From Coriobacteriia bacterium (GTDB lineage: Bacteria > Actinomycetota > Coriobacteriia > Anaerosomatales > PALSA-660), in assembly GCA_025361885.1 (NCBI GenBank), contig JANYJF010000032.1, forward strand, positions 1 to 57,252: DNA of 57,252 nt. The letters are read 5' to 3'. Below the pieces are notes generated by a model. It did no database searches. It had not been told where the DNA came from and saw only the letters and a list, made by a program, of their open reading frames with translations. The position numbers and the translations under genes are program-made. Position 1 is the first letter of the stretch, and each line of letters opens with the position of its first letter. Shown one piece after another: positions 29,507 through 38,566 of this stretch.

Positions 29507-30574
29507 CTACTTGAGGGAATCCTTGACGGTCACCTTGCCGTCGATGATGGCCTTCTTCGCAGCGTCGACCTTGTCCTTGATGCTCTGCGGGATCTTGCTG
29601 TCGAAGTTGTGGTACGGCGCGAGAGCCACGCCGCCCTCCTTCAGACCGAACGAGGTGTTCGTACCACCGGCGAACTTGCCGTCGAGCTCGTTCTTGATCG
29701 TCTGGTAGACAGCCTCATCCACGCGCTTGACCACCGACGTGAGCATGATGTCCTTGGCATCCGGGACCGAGAGGAACTGGTCCTGGTCGACACCGATGAT
29801 CAGCGCGCCCTTTTCCTTGGCCGCCTGGATCGTGCCGAGGCCCGTGGCGCCGGCGACCGGGAAGATGATGCTGGCGCCCTGATTGATGAGCGACAGACCC
29901 AGTTCCTTGCCCTTGGCCTGATCGTTGAAGCTGCCGGCATACACGGCTACGACCTTGGCGTCCGGGTTGACGGACTTCACGCCCTGGACGAAGCCGGCGC
30001 GGAACCGCTCGATGACCGGGACGTCGAGCCCGCCGACGAAGCCGATCGTGTTGTTGTTCTTGATCTTCGGATCGATCGTGGTGTCCTTGACGGCCAGGCC
30101 GGCGAGCACGCCCGCGAGGTAGGACGCCTCCTGCTCCTTGAACACGAGACCGGCAGCGTTGGCCGGCGCCTTGTCGAAGAACTCATCGATCCCGCCGAAC
30201 TGGGTCTTCGGGAAGGTGGTGGAGACCTTGCTGACCGCGTCGGTCATCAGGAAGCCGACCGCGAAGATGGGGCTGTAGCCAGCGTTCGCAAGGTTCGTCA
30301 GGTTGCGCTCGTAGTCAGCCTGCTCCTTGGACTCCAGGACCTTGATCTCGACGCCGAAGTCCTTCTGAGCACGCTTGAGACCCTCGTACGACAGGTCGTT
30401 GAACGACTTGTCGCCCAAGCCACCGACGTCGGTGACCATGGCGGTCTTGAGCTTGGGCTTTGCGGTCGTCGGGGTCGACGTTGTCGTGGGCGCGGGAGCA
30501 CACCCTGCTACTACGACGGCCACCATGGCGAAGACCATCAGAGCCACGAGGAACGTGCGGACGTTCTTCTTCAC
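29507..30574 (-). CDS. BMP family ABC substrate-binding lipoprotein (nucleoside-type)
   Basis: Lipobox VVAGC; DVGGLGDKSFN, FKEQEASYLAG, IIGVDQDQ, TSVVKRVD. GTG at 30574 is 9 nt after GGAGGG. Confidence 0.92.
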   Translation of the reverse strand: MKKNVRTFLVALMVFAMVAVVVAGCAPAPTTTSTPTTAKPKLKTAMVTDVGGLGDKSFNDLSYEGLKRAQKDFGVEIKVLESKEQADYERNLTNLANAGYSPIFAVGFLMTDAVSKVSTTFPKTQFGGIDEFFDKAPANAAGLVFKEQEASYLAGVLAGLAVKDTTIDPKIKNNNTIGFVGGLDVPVIERFRAGFVQGVKSVNPDAKVVAVYAGSFNDQAKGKELGLSLINQGASIIFPVAGATGLGTIQAAKEKGALIIGVDQDQFLSVPDAKDIMLTSVVKRVDEAVYQTIKNELDGKFAGGTNTSFGLKEGGVALAPYHNFDSKIPQSIKDKVDAAKKAIIDGKVTVKDSLK

Positions 30575-30829
30575 ACCTACCACCCTCCATTCGATGTCAG
30601 CATTGCTGTATCCAGTCTATCCCTAACTCCATGCACGTACATCACGCCTACCACCTTCTCCGCACCCGACCCGCCCCTTCGAACGGATCTCTCTCCAAGC
30701 GCGGCAGGATCATGGGGAGAGCACTGGTGTGAACGCCACCCCAGCGTCCTGGCGCGGCCCCACGGCGTTGCCACCCGAGGGACCCCCGCTTGAGAGTGTA
30801 CCCCCCGCACCGGTCCCGCGTCCCCGTGC

Positions 30830-31750
30830 TCAGCGCATCTTTGCGCGCGGGTGGGTCGAGAGGTACTCCTCGCGAAGATGTGACCGGTCGACGTGGGTGT
30901 ACAACTGGGTAGTGGAGATATCCGAATGCCCGAGCATGTCCTGGAGCGAGCGGAGGTCCGCGCCACCCTCGAGCATATGTGTCGCGAAGGAGTGCCTCAG
31001 CGTATGCGGATGCATCTCGAGCCCGACTCGACCCGCGTACTTGCGCACGGTGGTGAACACGGTCTGTCGCGTCATCCTGCCGCCACGCTGGTTGATGAAC
31101 GCCGCAGCCGGATCCTGTCTGGAGCGCGACGACTTCGACCGAAGGAAGGGGCGCCCGTGTGAGAGGTAGTCCGCGCTAGCGCGGAGCGCGGCGCCCGCGA
31201 TCGGGATGACGCGCTCTTTGCTGCCCTTGCCGAAGACGCGCAGGAACCCGCCGGCAAGGTCGATATCCGTCAGATCCAATCCCGTGAGCTCGCTCACGCG
31301 CATGCCGCAGCCGTAGAGGACCTCCAGTATGGCGCGGTCGCGCAGACCAGCCGGGCTCTGAGGGAACGGCTGCGACAGCATCCGGTCGATATCGTCGATG
31401 CTCACGACGGTGGGCAGGCGCTTCGGAACCTTGGGCAGGGGCAGGCTCGCTGTCGGGTGGTTCTCGGTGACCCCCTCGCGCACGAGGAACTTGTGGAAGC
31501 TCTTCGCTGACGCCACCTTTCGCTCCACCGAAGACGGCGCGAGGTCACGGTCGCGCAGAGTGCCGATGTAGGCGGTCACGTCTTCGCGGCGCACCTGGTC
31601 GGGTCCCGTCACATCACGGCAGGCGAGGAACGCAGTGTACGCCACCAGGTCCCGCCGGTATGCATCTATCGTGTGCGGCGAAGCGCCCCTCTCGACCGCG
31701 AGATAGCCCAGGAACTCGTCGGACAGACCTGCGAGGTCGCGTGCGCTCAT
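30830..31750 (-). CDS. xerD: Tyrosine recombinase XerD
   Basis: YLAVERGAS..TIDAYRRDL, RDRAILEVLYGCGMRVSEL, GKGSKER, HTLRHSFATH, LGHSDISTTQLY. ATG at 31750 overlaps the GNAT stop. Confidence 0.9.
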   Translation of the reverse strand: MSARDLAGLSDEFLGYLAVERGASPHTIDAYRRDLVAYTAFLACRDVTGPDQVRREDVTAYIGTLRDRDLAPSSVERKVASAKSFHKFLVREGVTENHPTASLPLPKVPKRLPTVVSIDDIDRMLSQPFPQSPAGLRDRAILEVLYGCGMRVSELTGLDLTDIDLAGGFLRVFGKGSKERVIPIAGAALRASADYLSHGRPFLRSKSSRSRQDPAAAFINQRGGRMTRQTVFTTVRKYAGRVGLEMHPHTLRHSFATHMLEGGADLRSLQDMLGHSDISTTQLYTHVDRSHLREEYLSTHPRAKMR

Positions 31751-32208
31751 TCGGCCACCCGTGTCTTTCTCATGTACACAAGCTCGAGCGCGCTCGAGAC
31801 CGGGCGCCGGTCCGTCTCCACGTATCCGAGTTGCCGGTACAGTCCCATCCCCGGCTCGTTGAGGTGGCCTGTGAACAGCTCGAAACACCTGTGTCCACCG
31901 AACCGCGCCTCGATCTCGAGCATGAGGGCCCTGGCGATCCCCTGCCGCTGGAACGAGGGGTGCACGACTAGCCGCCCGACGTACACGCATCCATCGCGCT
32001 CGGTGCCGCGGACCGAGCCGACCAACCTCGCGTCCTGGACCGCGATCAGGACGACTTGGGTGCGGATGTCCGAGGCGATCTCATCCGCGGTCTCGACGAG
32101 CGGAGGCAGACGGTCGTCGCCGTAGCGCAGGGCCGCGGGCGCGAAGGCCAGTTGCTGAACCTCGAGGATCGCTGGGGCGTCCTGTGGACGTGCGTCGGCG
32201 ATCTCCAT
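31747..32208 (-). CDS. GNAT family N-acetyltransferase
   Basis: VGRLVVHPSFQRQGIARALM acetyl-CoA motif and LYRQLGY. ATG at 32208. Confidence 0.85.
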   Translation of the reverse strand: MEIADARPQDAPAILEVQQLAFAPAALRYGDDRLPPLVETADEIASDIRTQVVLIAVQDARLVGSVRGTERDGCVYVGRLVVHPSFQRQGIARALMLEIEARFGGHRCFELFTGHLNEPGMGLYRQLGYVETDRRPVSSALELVYMRKTRVAE

Positions 32209-32254
32209 GTCTGTCAGACCCCCTTCAGCCAGAGATGATACGCCAGCGCCCCGA

Positions 32255-32295
32255 CACATGGATGGCCGCCCGCTGAGCGGGCGGCCATCCATGTG
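32255..32295 (-). terminator. Perfect 19-bp inverted repeat downstream of ald
   Basis: cacatggatggccgcccgc-tga-gcgggcggccatccatgtg. Confidence 0.7.
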
Positions 32296-32321
32296 ATCAC
32301 TCAGTGGATCCGCCGGGCGCC

Positions 32322-33437
32322 TTACGCGAGCAGGGACTCCAGCGGGGAGTACTCCATGCCGTGCGCGTCCGCGACCGACTTGTAGGTGACCTTGCCGTCC
32401 AGGACGTTGACGCCCCGTGCGAGCGCGGCGTCTTCGGCCACGGCCTTCTTCCAGCCCTTGTCAGCGATCGCGATGCCGTAGCGAAGAGTGGCGTTGACCA
32501 ACGCGTTCGTCGACGTGTTCGGCACGGCGCCAGGCATGTTGGCCACGCCGTAGTGCAGGACCCCGTCGACGAAGAAGGTCGGGTCGGCGTGCGTAGTGGC
32601 GTGGGTGGTCTCGATGCAGCCACCCTGGTCGACGGAGACATCGACGACGACAGCGCCGCGCTTCATGTTCGGCAGCATGTCCTTGGTGATGAGCCACGGG
32701 GTCTTGGCGCCCGGCAGCAGGACGGCACCGATGACGAGGTCCGCCGAGTACACGGCTTCCTCGATGTTGTGCTTGCTCGAGTACACGGTCCGCATGCGGT
32801 TGCCCCACAGCTCGTCGATGTACCGGAGCCGGTCGAGATTGACGTCCAAGACTGACACATGTGCGCCCATGCCGCAGGCGATGTAGGCCGCGTTGATGCC
32901 GACGACACCCGCGCCCAGGACCACGACGTTGGCCGGCAGCACGCCGGGGACGCCGCCCATGAGCACGCCGCGGCCGCCGAACGGCTTCTGGAGGTAGGTG
33001 GCGCCGACCTGCGCAGCCATGCGGCCGGCGACCTCGGACATCGGGGCCAACAGGGGCAGCGAACGGTTGGGCAGCTCGACCGTCTCGTACGCGATGCACA
33101 CGGCCCCGGACTTCACGAGACCGACGGTCTGCTCGTAGTCGGGGGCGAGGTGAAGATACGTGTAGAGGATCTGGCCGGGGCGCAGCATCTCGATCTCGGC
33201 AGGCTGCGGCTCCTTGACCTTCACGATCATGTCGGCCTTGGCGAAGATCTCCGCCGCCGCGTCGATGAGCGTCCCACCGGCGGCAACGTACTCGTCATCG
33301 GTGAACGAGGAACCCTCGCCCGCCGCCTTCTCGACGAGCACCGTGTGGCCATGAGCGATGAACTCGCGGACGCCACCTGGCGTCATGCCTACGCGGAACT
33401 CGTTGTTCTTGATCTCCTTGGGGACACCGATGATCAC
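32322..33437 (-). CDS. ald: Alanine dehydrogenase
   Basis: IIGVPKEIKNNEFRVGMTP, KVKEP, YLHLA, PMSEVAGR, DQGGCIET, VANMPGAV. GTG at 33437 has a GAAGGAG RBS. Confidence 0.97.
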   Translation of the reverse strand: MIIGVPKEIKNNEFRVGMTPGGVREFIAHGHTVLVEKAAGEGSSFTDDEYVAAGGTLIDAAAEIFAKADMIVKVKEPQPAEIEMLRPGQILYTYLHLAPDYEQTVGLVKSGAVCIAYETVELPNRSLPLLAPMSEVAGRMAAQVGATYLQKPFGGRGVLMGGVPGVLPANVVVLGAGVVGINAAYIACGMGAHVSVLDVNLDRLRYIDELWGNRMRTVYSSKHNIEEAVYSADLVIGAVLLPGAKTPWLITKDMLPNMKRGAVVVDVSVDQGGCIETTHATTHADPTFFVDGVLHYGVANMPGAVPNTSTNALVNATLRYGIAIADKGWKKAVAEDAALARGVNVLDGKVTYKSVADAHGMEYSPLESLLA

Positions 33438-33534
33438 AGCTGTTGCTCCTTCGATAGGCACCGATCCGACTGTGCGAGGCGCGCGGCGATCGAGTGTCTC
33501 GATGAGGCCCGCGCGCCTTGGCAAAACCTGTCCC

Positions 33535-33562
33535 AGTGTAGCGCTCCCGACCGTCAGTTCAA
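33535..33562 (-). promoter_or_regulatory. Putative ald promoter TTGAAC-16 nt-TACACT
   Basis: gttcaa at 33557-33562 and agtgta at 33535-33540. Confidence 0.55.
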
Positions 33563-33623
33563 GCAAGGCGGGCGGTACTCGCCGTGCGGACGGCGGTCAC
33601 GGACATGCTGAGGTCTCAGGGAA

Positions 33624-34691
33624 TCAGTGGAGCAAGTCCGCCGCCGCGCGTCCCGCCGCCGCGGCAGCCAAGAAGAACGCGGGATCGTCATCAGGTCCGC
33701 GGCCCATGGTGCGCACGCCGACCCCGCGGAGATCGGGAAGTCGGCCCGAGGACACGTCGGCGCGTGTGTGACGCTCCCAAACGTGCGCGGCCTCCAGCGC
33801 CGCATCGACCACGCCGGCCTGCTCACCGGGCAGCCGCGGCACGACCACCGTCGCGGGGTGAAGCGCGATCCGCCCGAGGGCGGTCAGCGAGTGATGGCTG
33901 ACGCCGCGGTGGCGCTCACGCTGGTCGGCGAACGAGATGCGCAGCGCGGCCAGTGGTCGCCCGCCCAGAACCCCGGCGGCGTTGATCGCCTCGCCCTGTG
34001 CGATGCCGCCGTGACCGAACGGTGTCCCCGTGCCCACCGTGCCGGGACCTATGGACACGATCGCGATGTCCGCGTGCGTAACGTGCCGGGCGGCGAGGAG
34101 AGCCGAATGCAGGGTCACGGTCTCCAATCCGCCACCGACGGCTTGACCGGCGGTCAGGGTCTCATCCAGCAGGCCGCTCTCGAGGCAGCTGCGAACGAGG
34201 TCGGAGAGCGCCATCATCATCGATGCCTGGTCGGTCATGACGTACGCCACCCGTGCGCCCGGCACACGCTCCTTGATGCCGGCCGCCACCAGCGCCACCT
34301 GGCTGTGCAGGCCACAACACACCACCGGCATGCCGGCGATGTCCTCGGCGCGCCGCATGACCTCGTGGTACGGGCTCTCTTGCGACTCGACCGCCAGAAC
34401 GTCGCGCTGCATCGGCGAGTAACGCAGCTTCATGATGTGTCCGTGCGACGGGTCGTCGAGCGCGACGTCATCCCCACCACCGCGGGCCACCACGAAGTGC
34501 GAGCCGCCAGTACCGAGGCGGAGGCGCACCGCGGTGGTGTTCAGCAGGACACGCTCGCCGGCCACGCACTCACCGGTGAGCGACGTGTAGCACACGGCCG
34601 AGCCCGGACCGTCGGGCGTCGACACGTCCAGCTTCTGATAGCCGGGTGCCGCCTGCTCGATGCGCACGACGTGTCCCCATACGAGGCGCAT
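33624..34691 (-). CDS. DUF3866 family protein
   Basis: VLLNTTAVRLRLGTGG, GHIMKLRYSPMQ, LHSQ, YVMTD, GPGTVGTGT, RISFADQRERHRGVSHHS, TMGR. Family recognised from memory. Confidence 0.8.
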   Translation of the reverse strand: MRLVWGHVVRIEQAAPGYQKLDVSTPDGPGSAVCYTSLTGECVAGERVLLNTTAVRLRLGTGGSHFVVARGGGDDVALDDPSHGHIMKLRYSPMQRDVLAVESQESPYHEVMRRAEDIAGMPVVCCGLHSQVALVAAGIKERVPGARVAYVMTDQASMMMALSDLVRSCLESGLLDETLTAGQAVGGGLETVTLHSALLAARHVTHADIAIVSIGPGTVGTGTPFGHGGIAQGEAINAAGVLGGRPLAALRISFADQRERHRGVSHHSLTALGRIALHPATVVVPRLPGEQAGVVDAALEAAHVWERHTRADVSSGRLPDLRGVGVRTMGRGPDDDPAFFLAAAAAGRAAADLLH

Positions 34692-34703
34692 GGCCGGTGT
34701 CGC

Positions 34704-35819
34704 CTAGCCCTCGACCGCGCGCAACACCGCGACGTCGAGCAAGCGGGTGAGCGCTTCGAGGTCGGCCACCGCGATCCACTCGCCGGTCGAGTGCACGTCA
34801 CGCATCCCAGACGACAGCACGAAGGTCGGAGTGCCGTGCGCGGCGAACACGTTCCCGTCGCTGCCTCCGCCGGTCGCGAACGTCCGCGGCGTCAGGCCGG
34901 CTTCACGGCAACATCCGATCACGAACAGCAGCGATGGATCGTCATCGGGAAAGCGGAAGCCGTCGTACTCCTTGTGCCACGTGATCGCCGCGGAACCCCC
35001 GGCTTCGCTCGCGGCACGGTGCATCGAAAGGTCCATCGCATCGCGAGCGGCGACGGCGCGGACCGGGTCCAGTGAACGGCACTCACCCGTTATCATCGTG
35101 GTCTCGGCCACGACGTTCGTCGCCCGTCCGCCGCCGATGGAGCCGATGTTGGCGGTCGTCTCTGCGTCGAGGCGTCCCAACTCCATGCCGGAGATCGCGC
35201 GTGAGGCCATCACGATGGCGGAGACGCCCTTCTCGGGCTCGACGCCGGCGTGCGCCGAGCGCCCGAGGAAGGTCGCGGTGAACGTGTAGTGGGTCGGGGC
35301 GGCGGTCACGATACCACCGGGCTCACCGTCGGCATCGAGCACCAGACACACGTCACCGGCCGCCGCGTCGGGCGGCAGGTGCTTAGCGCCGAGAAGGCCC
35401 TGCTCCTCGCCCACGGTGATCAGCGCGCGGACTTCCGCGTGCGGTGCGCCGGACTCGTGCAGCCGGCGGACCGACTCGATGATCGCGGCGATCCCGGCCT
35501 TGTCATCGGCGCCCAGGATGGTCTCCCCCACGCTGCGCACCACGCCATCGATGACCACCGGCTCGACGCCGCGGCCCGGCTCGACCGTGTCCATGTGCGC
35601 CGACAGCACGAGCACCCGGCCCGGCACCGTCCCCGGCAGCGTCGCGATGATGTTGCCGACATTCGATCCGGTGGCTCCGGGGCTGTCGTCGAAATGCACG
35701 TCCATGCCGGCCGCATCGAGCGCATGAGCCACATACGTCGCCACACCCGCTTCATCGCCAGTGGGACTGTCGATGCGGACAAGGTCTAGGAACGTGGCGA
35801 GAAGCCGCTCGTCGGACAA
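34704..35819 (-). CDS. M20 family metallopeptidase (peptidase T-like, YqjE-type)
   Basis: SAHMDTV, LGADDKAG, GEEQGLLG, AHAGVEPEKG, GGGSDGN, VHSTGE. TTG start. Confidence 0.9.
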   Translation of the reverse strand: MSDERLLATFLDLVRIDSPTGDEAGVATYVAHALDAAGMDVHFDDSPGATGSNVGNIIATLPGTVPGRVLVLSAHMDTVEPGRGVEPVVIDGVVRSVGETILGADDKAGIAAIIESVRRLHESGAPHAEVRALITVGEEQGLLGAKHLPPDAAAGDVCLVLDADGEPGGIVTAAPTHYTFTATFLGRSAHAGVEPEKGVSAIVMASRAISGMELGRLDAETTANIGSIGGGRATNVVAETTMITGECRSLDPVRAVAARDAMDLSMHRAASEAGGSAAITWHKEYDGFRFPDDDPSLLFVIGCCREAGLTPRTFATGGGSDGNVFAAHGTPTFVLSSGMRDVHSTGEWIAVADLEALTRLLDVAVLRAVEG

Positions 35820-35825
35820 GGCAGA

Positions 35826-37436
35826 TCAGCCCCTCGAGTTCTTGTAGGCCACCGCAGCGCCGATGAAGTCGCGGAACAGCGGGGCCGGGCGAGTGGGACG
35901 GCTCTTGAACTCGGGGTGACCCTGGTTGCCGACGAACCACGGGTGGTCGGGAAGCTCGATCATCTCGACCAGTTTGCCGTCGGGCGACAGCCCGGATATG
36001 ACGAGGCCGGCGTCGACCAGTTGCTGCCTGTACGTGTTGTTGACCTCGTAGCGGTGCCGATGCCGCTCGTAGATGACGTCTTCGCCATAGGCGTCCCAGC
36101 CCCTGGTACCCGGCGTGACCGTGCATGGGTAGGCACCGAGGCGCATAGTGCCGCCCATGTCGTGGACGGACTCCTGGTCGCGCATCAGGTCGATGACCGG
36201 GTGCGGCGTGACCGGGTCGAACTCGGTGGAGTTGGCTCCGGGAAGACCCGCCACGTTGCGAGCGAACTCGGAGACCGCCACTTGCATGCCGAGGCAGATG
36301 CCGAAGTACGGGACCTTGTTCTCGCGGGCGTAGCAGGCCGCGCGGATCTTGCCCTCGATGCCGCGGACGCCGAAGCCGCCGGGGACCAGGATGCCGTCCA
36401 TCTCGGACAGCATCTGGTCGACCTCCTCGACTGTGATGCCCTCGGCGTCGACCCAGTCGATCTTCACGTCGTGCTCGTGGAAGATACCGGCGTGCTTGAG
36501 CGCCTCGTGGACCGAGAGGTACGCATCGGGGAGCTGCACGTACTTGCCGACCAGCGCGATGCGTACGGTGTCCGTGAGCGACTGGCTATGGCGGACGAAG
36601 TTCTCCCACCCACTCATGTCCGGCTCCCCGCACTCCAGCCCCAGATGGTCGATGACCATCTGGTCGAGCATCTGCTCGCGCAGGTTGAGCGGCACCTGGT
36701 AGATGGAGGGCGCGTCCTGTGCGGAGACCACGGCGGCGGGGTCCACGTCGCAGAACAGGCCGATCTTGCGCCGGATGCCGGCGTCGATGGGACGGTCGGA
36801 GCGGCACACGATGAAGTCGGGCTGGATGCCGATGCTGCGCAACTCCTTGACGGAGTGCTGTGTGGGCTTGGTCTTCAGCTCGCCGGAGGCGGCGATGTAC
36901 GGCACCAGTGTGACGTGGATGTAGCACACGTTGTCGCGCCCGACGTCCTTCTTGAGCTGGCGGATGGCCTCGAGGAACGGCAGCGACTCGATGTCGCCGA
37001 CGGTGCCGCCGACCTCGGTGATGATGACGTCGGGCTGGGTGGCCTCGGCCAAGCGGATGATCCGCTCCTTGATCTCGTTGGTCACGTGCGGGATGACCTG
37101 CACGGTGCCACCGAGGTAGTCACCTCTTCGCTCCTTGGTGATGAGCGTCTGGTAGACCGAGCCGGCCGTCACGTTGCAGTCGCGCGACAAGGACTCATCG
37201 ATGAACCGCTCGTAGTGGCCGAGGTCGAGGTCGGTCTCGCCTCCGTCATCGGTCACGAAGACCTCGCCGTGCTGGAACGGACTCATGGTACCGGGATCGA
37301 CGTTGAGGTACGGGTCGAGCTTCTGGATGGTGACCTTCTGCCCACGCGCCTTGAGCAGCCGGCCCAGTGATGCTGCCGTGATGCCCTTGCCGAGCGAGCT
37401 CGCCACGCCTCCGGTCACGAAGATGTGCTTCGTCAT
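35826..37436 (-). CDS. pyrG: CTP synthase
   Basis: [54 protein letters not shown]. Confidence 0.99.
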   Translation of the reverse strand: MTKHIFVTGGVASSLGKGITAASLGRLLKARGQKVTIQKLDPYLNVDPGTMSPFQHGEVFVTDDGGETDLDLGHYERFIDESLSRDCNVTAGSVYQTLITKERRGDYLGGTVQVIPHVTNEIKERIIRLAEATQPDVIITEVGGTVGDIESLPFLEAIRQLKKDVGRDNVCYIHVTLVPYIAASGELKTKPTQHSVKELRSIGIQPDFIVCRSDRPIDAGIRRKIGLFCDVDPAAVVSAQDAPSIYQVPLNLREQMLDQMVIDHLGLECGEPDMSGWENFVRHSQSLTDTVRIALVGKYVQLPDAYLSVHEALKHAGIFHEHDVKIDWVDAEGITVEEVDQMLSEMDGILVPGGFGVRGIEGKIRAACYARENKVPYFGICLGMQVAVSEFARNVAGLPGANSTEFDPVTPHPVIDLMRDQESVHDMGGTMRLGAYPCTVTPGTRGWDAYGEDVIYERHRHRYEVNNTYRQQLVDAGLVISGLSPDGKLVEMIELPDHPWFVGNQGHPEFKSRPTRPAPLFRDFIGAAVAYKNSRG

Positions 37437-37441
37437 AGTCC

Positions 37442-38566
37442 TTACCGTGCCTCCCCGTCTGTGCCGCCTGTGTCCGCCGTTGCCGCCGTGCCGTTCTCGC
37501 CGCCTGCGTCCAAGCCCGCCGCAACGTCTGATCCATCATGTGCCCTGCCGAGGCCGTCGAGCCACCGCAGGAGAGGAACCTTCTCTATGGACTCCGAGAA
37601 GCTGATCTTCTCGGAGAGCAGATTCAAGGCGAGGAGGAGGGTGGCCGCCACCGCCAGTCCCCACAAGGGCAGAGTGGCCGCGAGCACGAAGCCTGCCAGG
37701 GCGCCAGCGGCATTCGCGCCGGCGTCGCCGAGCATGCCGCGCTCACCCAGGTCGTAGCGCCACACGGCCACGACCGGGCCGAGCAGGAGGATGACCAAGA
37801 CCACCGCGACGAGGATGGCCTGCGGCGCGGGAGCGACCCCCGAGGGGACTTGCTCCTCCGCGATCGCTGCCGAGCCCAACGCCCCGGGAAGCGCCGCGGC
37901 GACGGCCCCGACGGCCAGCAACGAGTAGCACTTCAGCGCGCGCCCGGGACGCAGGTCCGTGAGGTTGATGAGGTTGGCGGCAAGAGCGATCACGGCCGCG
38001 CCGAGCAGCCACCCGGCCAGCACGACGAACGCCACGGTTCGTGGTTGCGAGATGCCGCCAGCCGCATCGAATGCCCGGCGCAGCGCGGGTTCGACGCAGA
38101 CAGCCAGGGACGCGAGGCCGATCCCGAGCATCTTGAGTCCGCCGGTCGTCAGCCGGCCATGTCGAAGCGCGTCGATGTGCCCGCGGAAACCCTTGGTATC
38201 CGCACCGCCGAAGGCGTCGTCGATCAGCCCGAAGGCGAACGCCGCCGTCACAAGCAGCACCGGGACGAGCCACGCCGCCTCCCGGAGCACATCGGGGTAG
38301 ACCGCCGGCTGCAGCGTTCCGGTCATCGCAAGGACAGAATCCAGCCCGTCCGCGACGACCGTCACCGTCCAGACTCCGACAGCCCACAGCACCCACACCA
38401 GCCCCAGGCCCGGCGTGACCTCACGGCCCCGATAGTTGACGACCCGCATCCGGGACCGCTCCAACGCCGGCATGAGCGCCCGCATCCCGAGAGCCGGGAC
38501 GCCCCATCCGGCGACGAGCGCCAGCCCGACAGACACGATCCCGGCTATCCACATCGGCGTCATCAC
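37442..38566 (-). CDS. MraY/WecA-like (Glycos_transf_4) polytopic membrane protein, divergent paralog
   Basis: [41 protein letters not shown]. These are degenerate versions of the mraY motifs in this window; no HHH motif. Confidence 0.72.
   Translation of the reverse strand: MMTPMWIAGIVSVGLALVAGWGVPALGMRALMPALERSRMRVVNYRGREVTPGLGLVWVLWAVGVWTVTVVADGLDSVLAMTGTLQPAVYPDVLREAAWLVPVLLVTAAFAFGLIDDAFGGADTKGFRGHIDALRHGRLTTGGLKMLGIGLASLAVCVEPALRRAFDAAGGISQPRTVAFVVLAGWLLGAAVIALAANLINLTDLRPGRALKCYSLLAVGAVAAALPGALGSAAIAEEQVPSGVAPAPQAILVAVVLVILLLGPVVAVWRYDLGERGMLGDAGANAAGALAGFVLAATLPLWGLAVAATLLLALNLLSEKISFSESIEKVPLLRWLDGLGRAHDGSDVAAGLDAGGENGTAATADTGGTDGEAR

Noticed and set aside
30830-31750. Tyrosine recombinase as a prophage or island integrase
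   Set aside because: It has a XerD-type N-terminus and the housekeeping position near pyrG and ald. No att repeats, tRNA or phage genes are nearby.
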